Assembly (NCBI GenBank): GCA_965224085.1
Contig: CBDCYI010000009.1
Coordinates: forward strand, 544,001-608,000
Length of the DNA: 64,000 bases
From: Candidatus Marinacidobacterales bacterium
Lineage (GTDB): Bacteria > Acidobacteriota > Vicinamibacteria > Marinacidobacterales > SMYC01
Reading direction: 5' to 3'
The position numbers and the translations under genes were made by a program. Positions 52,697 through 61,908 of this stretch are shown here, one piece after another. The stretch's first letter is position 1. Every line of letters begins with the position of its first letter. The notes under the pieces are model-generated. The model worked only from the letters and a program-made list of their open reading frames with translations, was not told the origin of the DNA and searched no databases.

Positions 52697-53022
52697 AGCA
52701 TTTGAAGGCGAAAAACCGCAAAGCTGAAGCCGTCATGGAGTTCTTGGAAGCGGAAGATGGCGGCGTCAAAGCGTTGCAGGACGACGCTACGCCTCACGTC
52801 CCCCCGGGCTGCACGACGATCTTCTCACCCGGTTGGGAAGTCGACAGCACGGGCGGAACGGCGAACCTCTGCCAGCCGATGGAGCGCGATCTTTATGACT
52901 GCTACAAGACGTGCTTCTGGCCGGCGCAAGTCCCGGACTATCTGAACAACAACCCCGACTGGCACTCCGGCTGCGCCAGCGCGACGCAAGACTGGCGGAA
53001 GATCGATCTGATTTTCCCGTAG
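52693..53022 (+). CDS. qhpC: Quinohemoprotein amine dehydrogenase gamma subunit (CTQ precursor with leader)
   Basis: MKHLKAKNRKA leader; GCTTIFSPGWEVD...LCQPMERDLYDCYKTCFWPAQVPD. Confidence 0.97.
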   Translation: MKHLKAKNRKAEAVMEFLEAEDGGVKALQDDATPHVPPGCTTIFSPGWEVDSTGGTANLCQPMERDLYDCYKTCFWPAQVPDYLNNNPDWHSGCASATQDWRKIDLIFP

Positions 53023-53027
53023 AGACC

Positions 53028-54113
53028 ATGCGAAAAAAAGCCCTCGTCGTGCTGTTGGGGATGTTGGGCGCGGCCACTCCCTCCTTCGCTCAAAAAGAGC
53101 CCAACGTGTTCATCGCGGGCATCTGGCCCGATCGGATCATCTTTTTCGACCAGACGACCGACGCGTTCACGGACGGGCTCAGACTCCGCCACGGTGTAGC
53201 GACCGGCTCCGCGAACTATACGCCCGACAAACGACGCTTCTATGTGGTCACCGATCGCATGGAGTCGATCGAAGTGATCGACGCTGTGCGGCAAGAGGTG
53301 ATCGACGAGATCAAGCTCTCGACCCCAGAAAAACGCGTCCGTTTTTTCAGCGCCTATCCGAATCACGACGGTTCGAGAGTCTATTTGATCGTCAACGTCG
53401 TCGCGCTCGAGACGGATCGCTTCGTCCAAGACAACGACGTCGACGTCATGGTCTATGACTTCGGCGCACGGAGCGTCGTGGACAGCTTCAAGTTCCCCGA
53501 AGAGATCGTCGGCGCCCGGCGCCCGGCGTTCCACGTCTCTCCGGACGGAACCTCCCTTTATGTCATCGGCCGCGACCTCTACGAGTTCGATGCCGCGACC
53601 CGGGAGATCAAGAGAAAGAAAGTGCTCTCGAAACCGCTGCTGGCGGGCTATGGCGAGTTTCGCGGCTTGAGCTTGACGGAAACGGAGCCCGGCACCTTCT
53701 ACGGCATTTACCGCACCGTCGATCCCGTTCTGAAAAAGCGTATCTTCGGCGTCACCAAGCTCGACCTCTATGATATGAACGTGTCGACTTTCGAGCTCGG
53801 ACCTCAGCTGAAGCTCAACCGCTTTGCCCTCTCCCCTGACGGCAAACGCGGCTATGCCGGCCTCAATGACCTGGTCGTTGTCGACATGGAGAAGCAGAGG
53901 GTCATCCTCAAGAAGGAGAAGTTCGAGCGCGGGCGGACGAACAACTCGATGATCGTCGGCCATGACGGAACGAAGCTATATGTATCGGGCGTGGGCGACA
54001 CCGTATGGATCTACGACAGCGCGACCCTCGAGCTCATCAAGACCGTTTATGCCGGCGGTGATTTCATGATGACTCCCGTCGAGATCCCGAACCCCACCAC
54101 ATCGCAAAAGTAG
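53028..54113 (+). CDS. qhpB: Quinohemoprotein amine dehydrogenase beta subunit (beta-propeller)
   Basis: Signal peptide; repeated SPDG blades; ends YAGGDFM; position after qhpC. Confidence 0.85.
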   Translation: MRKKALVVLLGMLGAATPSFAQKEPNVFIAGIWPDRIIFFDQTTDAFTDGLRLRHGVATGSANYTPDKRRFYVVTDRMESIEVIDAVRQEVIDEIKLSTPEKRVRFFSAYPNHDGSRVYLIVNVVALETDRFVQDNDVDVMVYDFGARSVVDSFKFPEEIVGARRPAFHVSPDGTSLYVIGRDLYEFDAATREIKRKKVLSKPLLAGYGEFRGLSLTETEPGTFYGIYRTVDPVLKKRIFGVTKLDLYDMNVSTFELGPQLKLNRFALSPDGKRGYAGLNDLVVVDMEKQRVILKKEKFERGRTNNSMIVGHDGTKLYVSGVGDTVWIYDSATLELIKTVYAGGDFMMTPVEIPNPTTSQK

Positions 54114-54117
54114 TGCC

Positions 54118-55872
54118 GTGGGCCACTACCGGCGAGCCTTAGGCTTCGCCCTTCCCTACTGGAAGCGTCTCGGCTTCGTTCTTTTTGTCTCGATGTTTGC
54201 GACGCTGCTCGGGCTCGCGCAGCCTTACTTTCTCAAGGTCCTCATCGACGACGCTTTCTTGGCTGAGAACTTCTCACTACTCGTTCGCGTCTCCTTGCTC
54301 TTGTTCGCCGTCTCGGTCGCGAGCGTCGTGCTGAACGCCATCTCTGGCTACCGCTACATTCAAGTTTCGACGGAGGCGCTCTTCGACATCCGCCTCCGCG
54401 TCTTTCGCCATCTTCAAACACTGTCGCCGCGTTTTTACGCGAAGACACCGATGGGCGACATCCTCTCGAGACTGAACGGAGACGTGTCTGAGATTCAGAG
54501 GATCGCCTCCGATACGCTTTTGTCGTTCTTGACCAACATCGTTTTTCTCTGTGGGACGGTAACGCTTCTGATTTATCTGGAGCCGCGGCTGTTCCTCTTG
54601 AGTATCGCGCTCGTTCCTCCTTCGATCTGGGTTTTGAGGCGATACCGGAAGCAGGTGACGGGCAAGAATCTCAAGCTGCGCGAGCGAAGCGCCGACATTG
54701 GAAGCTTTTTGGTGGAGTCGTTTCTCGGAATGCGCCAGACGGTCGCGTCGCGTCAGGAAGCGCGCGAAGCGGCGCGCTTCCGGGAGAAGAACGATCGCTT
54801 CGTCCGTGCGCTCCTCGACCGACAAATCACGAACTACCTCGCTTCGGGAATCCCGGGCGTTCTGCTTTCGGTCTCGACGCTCGCGGTCTTTCTCGCGGGC
54901 GGCTACCTGGTGCTGCAAGGCAGCTTCAGCATGGGGAGCTTCGTCGCGTTCACAGCCTATCAAGCACGCCTGCTCGGACCGTTGTCGGGATTGATGGGTC
55001 TTTATTTGAGCTTGCGTGCGGCGGGTGCGTCGCTCGACAGGGTCTTCGAGCTCCTCGACGAACCTGCCGAAGTGGAAGAGCGCCCGGACGCAACCGGACT
55101 CACGGGCATGCGCGGCGAGATCGAGCTCCGGCATGTCGGCCTCGACCACGAGCGCGAGACCGTGCTGGACGATGTGAGCTTCAGAGTGACTCCGGCCACG
55201 ATAACAGCCATCGTTGGGCCGAGCGGTGTCGGCAAATCGACCATCGTGGATCTGATCTTGAGACGCCTCGACGTCGCTCGCGGGGAGCTCTTGGTTGACG
55301 GCATCGACGTGAAAGCGCTGCGCCTGGACGATTTGAGGCGCCACGTCGCCGTCGTCGAGCAGGAGACGTTTCTCTGGAACGCTTCTGTTCTGGAGAACAT
55401 CCGCTACGGCCGTCCCGAGGCGAGCGCGCGCGACGTCGAGAACAGCGCCCGACTTGCAGGGATCCATGAGGTCATTCTCAAAATGCCGCAAGGCTATCTC
55501 ACCCAAGTCGGAGAGCGAGGTCTTCAGCTCTCCGCGGGACAGAGGCAACGGATCGCGATCGCGCGCGCGATCTTGCAGGACGCGACGGTGCTGGTTTTAG
55601 ACGAAGCCACGTCGGCGCTCGACGGCGAGACCGAAGCTGGCATCGCGGAGGCGCTCCTGCCGCTCGTCCGCCACCGAACCACCCTCGTGTTCTCCCATCG
55701 CCTGCCGCTCGTCGCCAAAGCTGACCGTGTTCTCGTGCTCGAAGACGGCCGCATCGTCCAGGACGGCACGGTCGCCACGCTCTCACGCGAAGAGGGTACT
55801 TTCCAGAGGATATTCGGAAACGAGGAGAGCCTTTCTCCAGCAGGCAAGAGTCCTAGTGCCCGGACCCGCTGA
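54118..55872 (+). CDS. qhpF: ABC exporter (fused permease-ATPase)
   Basis: Transmembrane domain plus GPSGVGKS, LSAGQRQR, LDEAT; position in cluster. Confidence 0.85.
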   Translation: MGHYRRALGFALPYWKRLGFVLFVSMFATLLGLAQPYFLKVLIDDAFLAENFSLLVRVSLLLFAVSVASVVLNAISGYRYIQVSTEALFDIRLRVFRHLQTLSPRFYAKTPMGDILSRLNGDVSEIQRIASDTLLSFLTNIVFLCGTVTLLIYLEPRLFLLSIALVPPSIWVLRRYRKQVTGKNLKLRERSADIGSFLVESFLGMRQTVASRQEAREAARFREKNDRFVRALLDRQITNYLASGIPGVLLSVSTLAVFLAGGYLVLQGSFSMGSFVAFTAYQARLLGPLSGLMGLYLSLRAAGASLDRVFELLDEPAEVEERPDATGLTGMRGEIELRHVGLDHERETVLDDVSFRVTPATITAIVGPSGVGKSTIVDLILRRLDVARGELLVDGIDVKALRLDDLRRHVAVVEQETFLWNASVLENIRYGRPEASARDVENSARLAGIHEVILKMPQGYLTQVGERGLQLSAGQRQRIAIARAILQDATVLVLDEATSALDGETEAGIAEALLPLVRHRTTLVFSHRLPLVAKADRVLVLEDGRIVQDGTVATLSREEGTFQRIFGNEESLSPAGKSPSARTR

Positions 55873-55879
55873 TCCTGTC

Positions 55880-56578
55880 GTGAATGCCAGGCCCTTTTCG
55901 GCGCTGACTCCGATATCCAAAGTTCGCGTCGGCGTCGCCGATAGCGGGATCAACCCGCATCACAGACATGTCGGTGGCGTGGCTGGCGGTGTGGGGCTGC
56001 GCTTCAGCGACGGTGTCGTCCAAGTCGATGACGCTTGGGAAGACATGCTCGGACATGGTACGGCGGCGGCCGCGACCATCCGCGCCCACGCGCCGAGCGC
56101 CGAGCTCTTCTCGATTCGTATCTTCCGACGGCGGCTCGAGACCCATGTCGACACGCTGCTGGGCGCGATCGAGTGGGCCATTTCAGGTTGTCCGAAGACT
56201 TTGGATCTTCTCAACTTGAGCCTCGGTTGCACGGAAGAGGCGCGCGCGCCGGAATTCGCCGCGGCTTGCGAGCGAGCGCACGAAGCGGGTCTCGTCATCG
56301 TCGCCGCCCATGAGGTATCGGGAGAGCCTTCGCTCCCGGGCCGCCTCGACGGCGTCGTCGCCGTGCGGGAGGATCGCGAGCTGGACGCGGACACGATCCG
56401 CTACGAGGACGGCGTTTTCGTGGCGTCGACATGGGCGCGTGAGCTTCCCGGCCTTCCCAAGGAGCGCAACTTTCATGGAGTCAGCTTGGCGGTCGCGCAC
56501 GTCACGGGCATGGCCGCCGCGCTTCTGGCCGCAGGCGTCGCCAAATCAGAGCTCGCCGAGAGGCTTATGCGCGGCTAA
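55880..56578 (+). CDS. qhpE: Small subtilisin-like leader peptidase
   Basis: VADSGIN (Asp), GHGT (His), GVSLAVAHVTG (Ser); start uncertain. Confidence 0.88.
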   Translation: MNARPFSALTPISKVRVGVADSGINPHHRHVGGVAGGVGLRFSDGVVQVDDAWEDMLGHGTAAAATIRAHAPSAELFSIRIFRRRLETHVDTLLGAIEWAISGCPKTLDLLNLSLGCTEEARAPEFAAACERAHEAGLVIVAAHEVSGEPSLPGRLDGVVAVREDRELDADTIRYEDGVFVASTWARELPGLPKERNFHGVSLAVAHVTGMAAALLAAGVAKSELAERLMRG

Positions 56579-56587
56579 GCGCCCCCC

Positions 56588-56800
56588 GTTAGGGTCGAAG
56601 GCTGGCGCGGTCCTCCGTAGGTGTGGCCTATCTGTTTCTCCCCGTTTCCTCTGGGAGTGCCTCACTAGCCACACCGAAAGTCCGTTTCCAACCCCCCCAC
56701 CTCGCGCAGCGTGCGGATTTCCCGCACTGCGCGCTCCTGCACACTTCACGCGAAGGGTTACGGGACCTAGCGGGCTGGATCGACTTTCGGCGGGGGTACC
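56588..56800 (-). ncRNA. Group II intron 3' remnant (domains V-VI)
   Basis: Minus strand GGAGCGCGCAGTGCGGGAAATCCGCACGCTGCG (DV) ... ACCGCGCCAGCCTTCGACCCTAAC (DVI end). Confidence 0.8.
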
Positions 56801-56859
56801 ATTCGCGGCGTTGAGAATGCGGAGACGGCTTGTCAGGAAACGAGGCGAGCTCTGATAGG

Positions 56860-57302
56860 GTGCCAGCCGTCGGCAGTTTTTTGTACCAGCGCAACAAGGT
56901 ATCGGGCGTCACGAGATCCGCAATTTCCTTCAGGCCAGCGCTACCCAACGTCCTCGCCTTCGCCACGAGCCGCGGCCGCTGCGCATCGGTAAAACGTAGT
57001 CGGCGTCCACCCAGTTGTTCCCGAACAGCGCGATTCTATTCTTTCAGGTAATCGATCGCGTCCTGTTGGAACCGGTTGACCCCGTAGGGCCAAAAAACTC
57101 ATGCTTCGTCCCGATGATAGAAACGCAGAAGCCCACCGAGCTTTGCCCGGCAACGAAGCGGGTCATTGGTCCGACGTGTATACCCGCTGACGGGGAACAA
57201 CAGTAAGTTGCCCGTCCCTTGTTGTTTCCTCTCGTGATGAAAATGCGTGATGTAGTGCTTCAGCGCGAGCCGAAGTTAGCTCTCCCCGAACAGAATCAAC
57301 GC
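56860..57302 (-). pseudogene. Two rve transposase fragments with a CCCGT-type right end near 57080
   Basis: [20 protein letters not shown] and LILFGE...KLGGLLRFYHRDEA. Confidence 0.75.
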
Positions 57303-57347
57303 CACCCAACGCAAAACCCTTCGCTGACGATGGGCCAACTTGATCCG

Positions 57348-57452
57348 CTTTCATGGAGTCAGCCTGGCAGTCGCGCACCTCACTGGCATGGCCGCCGCGC
57401 TTCTGGCTACAGGCGTCGCTAAATGAGAGCTCGCCGAGCGGCTTGTGCGCGG
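57348..57452 (+). repeat. Diverged direct repeat of the qhpE 3' end (56470-56574)
   Basis: 105 bp with 10 mismatches, including TCA to TGA. Confidence 0.9.
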
Positions 57453-57495
57453 TTCGGGGTAGACATCACGCGGTCCATGGGCGTAGGCTCCGGGC

Positions 57496-58125
57496 GTGCG
57501 TTTATTCGCAGCAGCGTCTCTTGCGCTCGTGCTCGGCGCGCCGTCGGCGAGCCAGAAAGTGGCTCCCACGAAGGGCGTATTTCTGGTCGCGAAACCCAGC
57601 ATCGCCAGCGGCCCATTTTACAAGAGCGTGGTTTTACTGTTGTCGCATGGCGACGAAGGCACCCTTGGCCTCATCGTGAACCGTGCGACCGGGATACCGC
57701 TCTCGGAGGCGCTACCCGATCTCGATGACAGCGCCGCAACGCATGCGCTTCATTTCGGTGGGCCCGTGGCTCTCGAAGGACTCATCTTTTTATTCCGCAG
57801 CGATGAGCCGCCCGAGGGCGTCGACGGCGTTATGGGAAACGTGTATTTCAGCAGAAACACCAAAGTGCTCGAAGCGCTCATCGAAGAGCAACGCGGTCCG
57901 GAAGAGCTGCGGCTTTACCTGGGCCATTCCGGTTGGGCGCCGGGGCAGCTCGACAACGAGCTTCTTCGCGGCGATTGGGACGTCGTGCCCGCGGACGCTT
58001 TCACCGTGTTTCGAAAGAAGACCGAGACGATGTGGGATGAGCTAGCGAAGAGTCAGAAGGTCATCGCGCGTTCTTCCACACCTTCCCGTCCGTCACAACG
58101 AAGCGCACCCGCCGAAGAGAACTGA
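57496..58125 (+). CDS. YqgE/AlgH (DUF179) family protein with signal peptide
   Basis: FLVAKP, SVVLL, GLIVNR, FGGPV, GHSGWAPGQLDNEL. Confidence 0.9.
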   Translation: MRLFAAASLALVLGAPSASQKVAPTKGVFLVAKPSIASGPFYKSVVLLLSHGDEGTLGLIVNRATGIPLSEALPDLDDSAATHALHFGGPVALEGLIFLFRSDEPPEGVDGVMGNVYFSRNTKVLEALIEEQRGPEELRLYLGHSGWAPGQLDNELLRGDWDVVPADAFTVFRKKTETMWDELAKSQKVIARSSTPSRPSQRSAPAEEN

Positions 58126-58270
58126 TGTCCTCGAGGGGGTTCCCCTCGACACCGATGAGGTCGGCCGCCATTCCCGCCTGAAGCGTTCCGACCGTTCGGT
58201 CGAGTCCGAGCGACTTCGCGGCGGCTGAATCCGAGGTTGTCGGGCAAACACGCAGTCCCAACCGCGTCGT
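58061..58270 (-). pseudogene. Amidohydrolase C-terminal fragment
   Basis: AAKSLGLD...GTLQAGMAADLIGVEGNPLEDI...FVVTDGKV. Confidence 0.7.
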
Positions 58271-58276
58271 TGAGAA

Positions 58277-59872
58277 TTAGTCCGTTGTCCGTGCGGGAAG
58301 CGTCTTCGCGAGCGCTGCCGCGGAGCGCAGCGAGAGCGCCGCAAAAGTCAATGTCCCGTTGTTGCATCCGGACGAGACGATCGTCGGCGCCCCTACGACC
58401 CACAAGTTCTCGTGGTCGTGCGATCGGCCGACGGGGTCGACGACGCTCGACGCCGGCTCTCGGCCCATGCGACACCCTCCGCCCGGATGGTCGTGCAAGG
58501 AGTCGACGCGCGTCGACAAGGTCTTTCCGCCGCCGGCACGAACGATCTGATCGAAGACGCCGCGAATGCTGTCTTCCGTGTGCTGACGGAGCTCGGCCGA
58601 CCACTCGCTGTCGGCGAAGTCGATCCGAGGCAACGGATCCCCCCAAGAGTTTTTGCGATCAGAGTCGAGCGTGAGCGTGCTCTCTTTCGCGGGGATGACG
58701 TCGTAATAAGCACGCATGCGCGCGACGCCGGTCGCGGTACGCTTCCTCCAGTCGTCCAAGAGCGCATCGCCGAAAAGCCGCTTACCCCCATCGTCCGTGA
58801 GCCGCGGCCGGCGCCCGGCGTCCGACTCCCAGATACGAAGGTCGTGGCGCACATAACGCTCTGGTCTCTCGCGCTGAAACTTCTTGGAAAGCAAGCTGTC
58901 AGAGCGGTAGACGCCCGGATAGAGCTTCATCGGCACTTCAACATAGGTATTCAGGGAACGGTGCCCGGTGACGAACTTCCCGACCATCCCCGAGCGGTTG
59001 GCGACCCCGTTTGGGAAGCGATCGCTTCTAGAGAGCAGCAGGAGATGCGTACTCCAGCAGTAGCCGGACGCGAGCACGAAAGTGTTGGCGCGAAAATGGA
59101 TAGGCTCGTCCGGCGCGTCGCGGTCGAGTGCGACAGCGTGGTCGATGGCGTCCGATCCCTCCACTAGCTCGAGCTGGCGAACGAGGGTGCGGTCGTAGAA
59201 CTCGATGCGGCCTTCGTTCAATAGTCTTTGAAACGTAAAATCGGGCGTGTACTTCGCGCCTGTCGGGCAGATGCTGCAGGTATCGCAACGCGTGCACACG
59301 TTTCTTCCCTGATAAGGGACAGAGTTCTTCGCGACCGGATTGCGCCAGAACGGAATGCCCGACTTCTCACCCCATTCCTCGAGCTTCGCGAGGTTGTAGG
59401 AGACGGGAAGCGGCGGCAGCGGGTAGTCTTTCGAGCGCGGATCGAGCTCGGTAGGGCCAGGCGATCCCGCCACACCGAGTCGTTCCTCAGCCTGCTGATA
59501 GAACGGGTCGAGATCGTCATAGGTCAGTGGCCAGTCATAGCCGACGCCGTAGATCGAGCGAACTTGAAAATCCTCCGGCGAGTAGCGCGGGGTCGTCCCG
59601 CCCCAATGAAGCGCGAGCCCGCCGACCGCCATCGAACGTGATTGGATCCCCGTGCCGGTCTGGCCGCGGATGTGATCACCGGGCCACGGGTTCTCACGAT
59701 AAGCGAGAAAACGGGCGCGCCTGTCGAACCGTTCCTCGAGGTTGAAAATCTTGTCGCCAGCTTCGATGACGACGATCTTGGCGTCGGTCTCTTCAGTCAG
59801 CTTCTCGGCCACCATGGCGGCGCTGATGCCCGCGCCGATGATGACGACATCGCTCTCGATCGTCGTGGCCAT
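58277..59872 (-). CDS. GMC-family FAD oxidoreductase
   Basis: IIGAGISA, VGGLALHWGG, CTRCDTCSICPTGAKY, HPGGGCRMG; ATG at 59872. Confidence 0.92.
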   Translation of the reverse strand: MATTIESDVVIIGAGISAAMVAEKLTEETDAKIVVIEAGDKIFNLEERFDRRARFLAYRENPWPGDHIRGQTGTGIQSRSMAVGGLALHWGGTTPRYSPEDFQVRSIYGVGYDWPLTYDDLDPFYQQAEERLGVAGSPGPTELDPRSKDYPLPPLPVSYNLAKLEEWGEKSGIPFWRNPVAKNSVPYQGRNVCTRCDTCSICPTGAKYTPDFTFQRLLNEGRIEFYDRTLVRQLELVEGSDAIDHAVALDRDAPDEPIHFRANTFVLASGYCWSTHLLLLSRSDRFPNGVANRSGMVGKFVTGHRSLNTYVEVPMKLYPGVYRSDSLLSKKFQRERPERYVRHDLRIWESDAGRRPRLTDDGGKRLFGDALLDDWRKRTATGVARMRAYYDVIPAKESTLTLDSDRKNSWGDPLPRIDFADSEWSAELRQHTEDSIRGVFDQIVRAGGGKTLSTRVDSLHDHPGGGCRMGREPASSVVDPVGRSHDHENLWVVGAPTIVSSGCNNGTLTFAALSLRSAAALAKTLPARTTD

Positions 59873-59876
59873 GGCG

Positions 59877-60476
59877 TTAGCTCTCGAGGGGCTCGGGCTC
59901 GTCGGGACCGGTATCGAGTCCGCGGCAGGTTTGCTTCTCGATCGCGGCACCGTAGCCGAGATCGTTCGCTTCGGAGGTTCGGTAGAAATAGGCGAGAAGC
60001 CCGATAGCAACATGAGGTGCGTCGCCCGCATAAGGAAGATCTTGCGGTATCTCGCGCGGGAGCTGCCGGTGAAGGATGGCTTGTTGGAGCGGCTCGTCGA
60101 CGGCGCTGAAAGAGCTCCCGTGACGTTTCCGGGCTTCGAGCTCGAGGGCTTCGAGCTGTGAGCACCAGTTTGGGCTCGGGTCGGGGGGCCCGTAGGCTAT
60201 CTCGTCGTTCCAGAGATAGTGATGATCCAGCTCGGCCACGGGCTCGAACGCGTTGAGCCATTTTACGAAGTCGTCGAGGATACGCGCCACGCCTTCGTCG
60301 CCGAGAGCCCCTTGGGGCAGAACGATACGACCCAGTGCGTCCAACGTCGCTCGATCAAGCGTCGTCGCCGCACCGACGGTTGCGGTCTCTCGCGACGGCG
60401 CGCAGCTCGCCGCCGCCAACCCGGACACGATGGTCGCGGACTTCTTTAGAAAATGGCGTCTATGTTCATGACTCAT
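59877..60476 (-). CDS. Tat-signal small subunit (gluconate 2-dehydrogenase subunit 3-like)
   Basis: HRRHFLK Tat motif; directly upstream of the GMC gene. Confidence 0.7.
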   Translation of the reverse strand: MSHEHRRHFLKKSATIVSGLAAASCAPSRETATVGAATTLDRATLDALGRIVLPQGALGDEGVARILDDFVKWLNAFEPVAELDHHYLWNDEIAYGPPDPSPNWCSQLEALELEARKRHGSSFSAVDEPLQQAILHRQLPREIPQDLPYAGDAPHVAIGLLAYFYRTSEANDLGYGAAIEKQTCRGLDTGPDEPEPLES

Positions 60477-60734
60477 GGGCCCACTCCTTTGACGAGACGC
60501 TCGAAATATCCCACCGGCTTCTTGAATGCAAATGGCGACCCGGGGTGCGGGAGCGCGTTTTTGTCCGGTTGCAAGTGCCTTTCAGGACGACGATGTTACG
60601 CCGATGGTGGATGGTGGGCAACCCGTGGTCTGGGCTTTGTCAAAACTCCGTGAATACGACCGAGACCCGCAATTTGCCTGGCGAGCCAGAAATCTCTATC
60701 CTGCCAACTTCCTCTTGAAGGAGACGGACTGCAA

Positions 60735-61862
60735 GTGGAAAACGCCAAGCCAACGTCCATCGTATCGCCGGAGCAGCGGGTTACGTTCGTGGAGCTGTTC
60801 TTCGATCTCGTCTTCGTCTTTTCGGTCACCCAAGTCGTCGGGCTGCTCCACCACCACCTGGACTGGACGGGGGTGGGACAGACGGTGCTCATGTTCTGGC
60901 TTGTATGGTGGGCGTGGTCGCAGTTCACGTGGGCCCTCAACGCTGCAGACACGACACATCCCCGGGTCGCGCTCGGAACCCTTGTGGCAACAGCCGTCGC
61001 GTTCTTCATGGCCGTCTCGCTTCCCAGAGCGTTTTCGGGCGGCGCAGCATGGTTCGCGATTCCGTACGTGCTCGTTCGGCTAATCGGTTTGGGCCTCTAC
61101 ATCCAAGTAGCCTGGGTCTCGAGTCCGGCGCACCACATTGCGGTCCGCAAATTCGCCCTGCTCTCCATTGGCGGGCTCGTCGCCGTTCTGATCGGCGGAT
61201 TCGCCGGAGGCGGCGCGACGTATTGGCTGTGGGGGCTTGCGATCGTGCTCGACGTCGTCGCCGCTCTAATAGCTGCTGGGGCCGGAGAATGGGACGTGCA
61301 CCCGGAACATTTCGCTGAGCGACACGGGCTGTTTGTGATCATCGCACTCGGTGAGTCGCTCATCGTGGCCGCCGGCGGCTTTTCGGGCGCCGAGCTCACG
61401 CCGAGCCTAATCGCGGTAGGCACTCTGACGGTCGCTTCCACCTGTTCGCTTTGGTGGAGCTATTTCGGGCGCGCCAAGCCCGCACTCGACGCGGCGCTTC
61501 AAGCGGCGAAGGGGACGGCTCGAGCAACCATGAGTCGCGACGCGTTCACCTTGCTACATTTCACGATGATCCTGGGGATCATTGCGTTCGCCGTGGCGGT
61601 CGAGCAGGCGGTCCTCCACCCGGCGGACGCGCTGTCGTTCGAGATTCGACTGGCGTTCGCGGCAGGCATCGCGCTTTTCACAGGAGGCATGGCGCTGTCC
61701 CTTTGGCGCGCAACGAGCAAGCTCCCCGTGTCAAGATTGCTCCTCTCGCTCGCTACGGCGCTCGGCGCGCTCGCGGCAGGCACCACGCCCATACTGGCTC
61801 TATCCATTGCGTTCGTCGGCGTCACGACGATTGCCGTGGCCGAGCACAAATCTCCAGGCTAG
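60735..61862 (+). CDS. ltrA: Low temperature requirement protein A family
   Basis: VTFVELFFDLVFVF, HFAERHGLFVIIALGE. Confidence 0.92.
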   Translation: MENAKPTSIVSPEQRVTFVELFFDLVFVFSVTQVVGLLHHHLDWTGVGQTVLMFWLVWWAWSQFTWALNAADTTHPRVALGTLVATAVAFFMAVSLPRAFSGGAAWFAIPYVLVRLIGLGLYIQVAWVSSPAHHIAVRKFALLSIGGLVAVLIGGFAGGGATYWLWGLAIVLDVVAALIAAGAGEWDVHPEHFAERHGLFVIIALGESLIVAAGGFSGAELTPSLIAVGTLTVASTCSLWWSYFGRAKPALDAALQAAKGTARATMSRDAFTLLHFTMILGIIAFAVAVEQAVLHPADALSFEIRLAFAAGIALFTGGMALSLWRATSKLPVSRLLLSLATALGALAAGTTPILALSIAFVGVTTIAVAEHKSPG

Positions 61863-61908
61863 TCGTTTCGCCTCCCGAGTCTACATGCCTATCCGAATAG
61901 GCTCTCGA

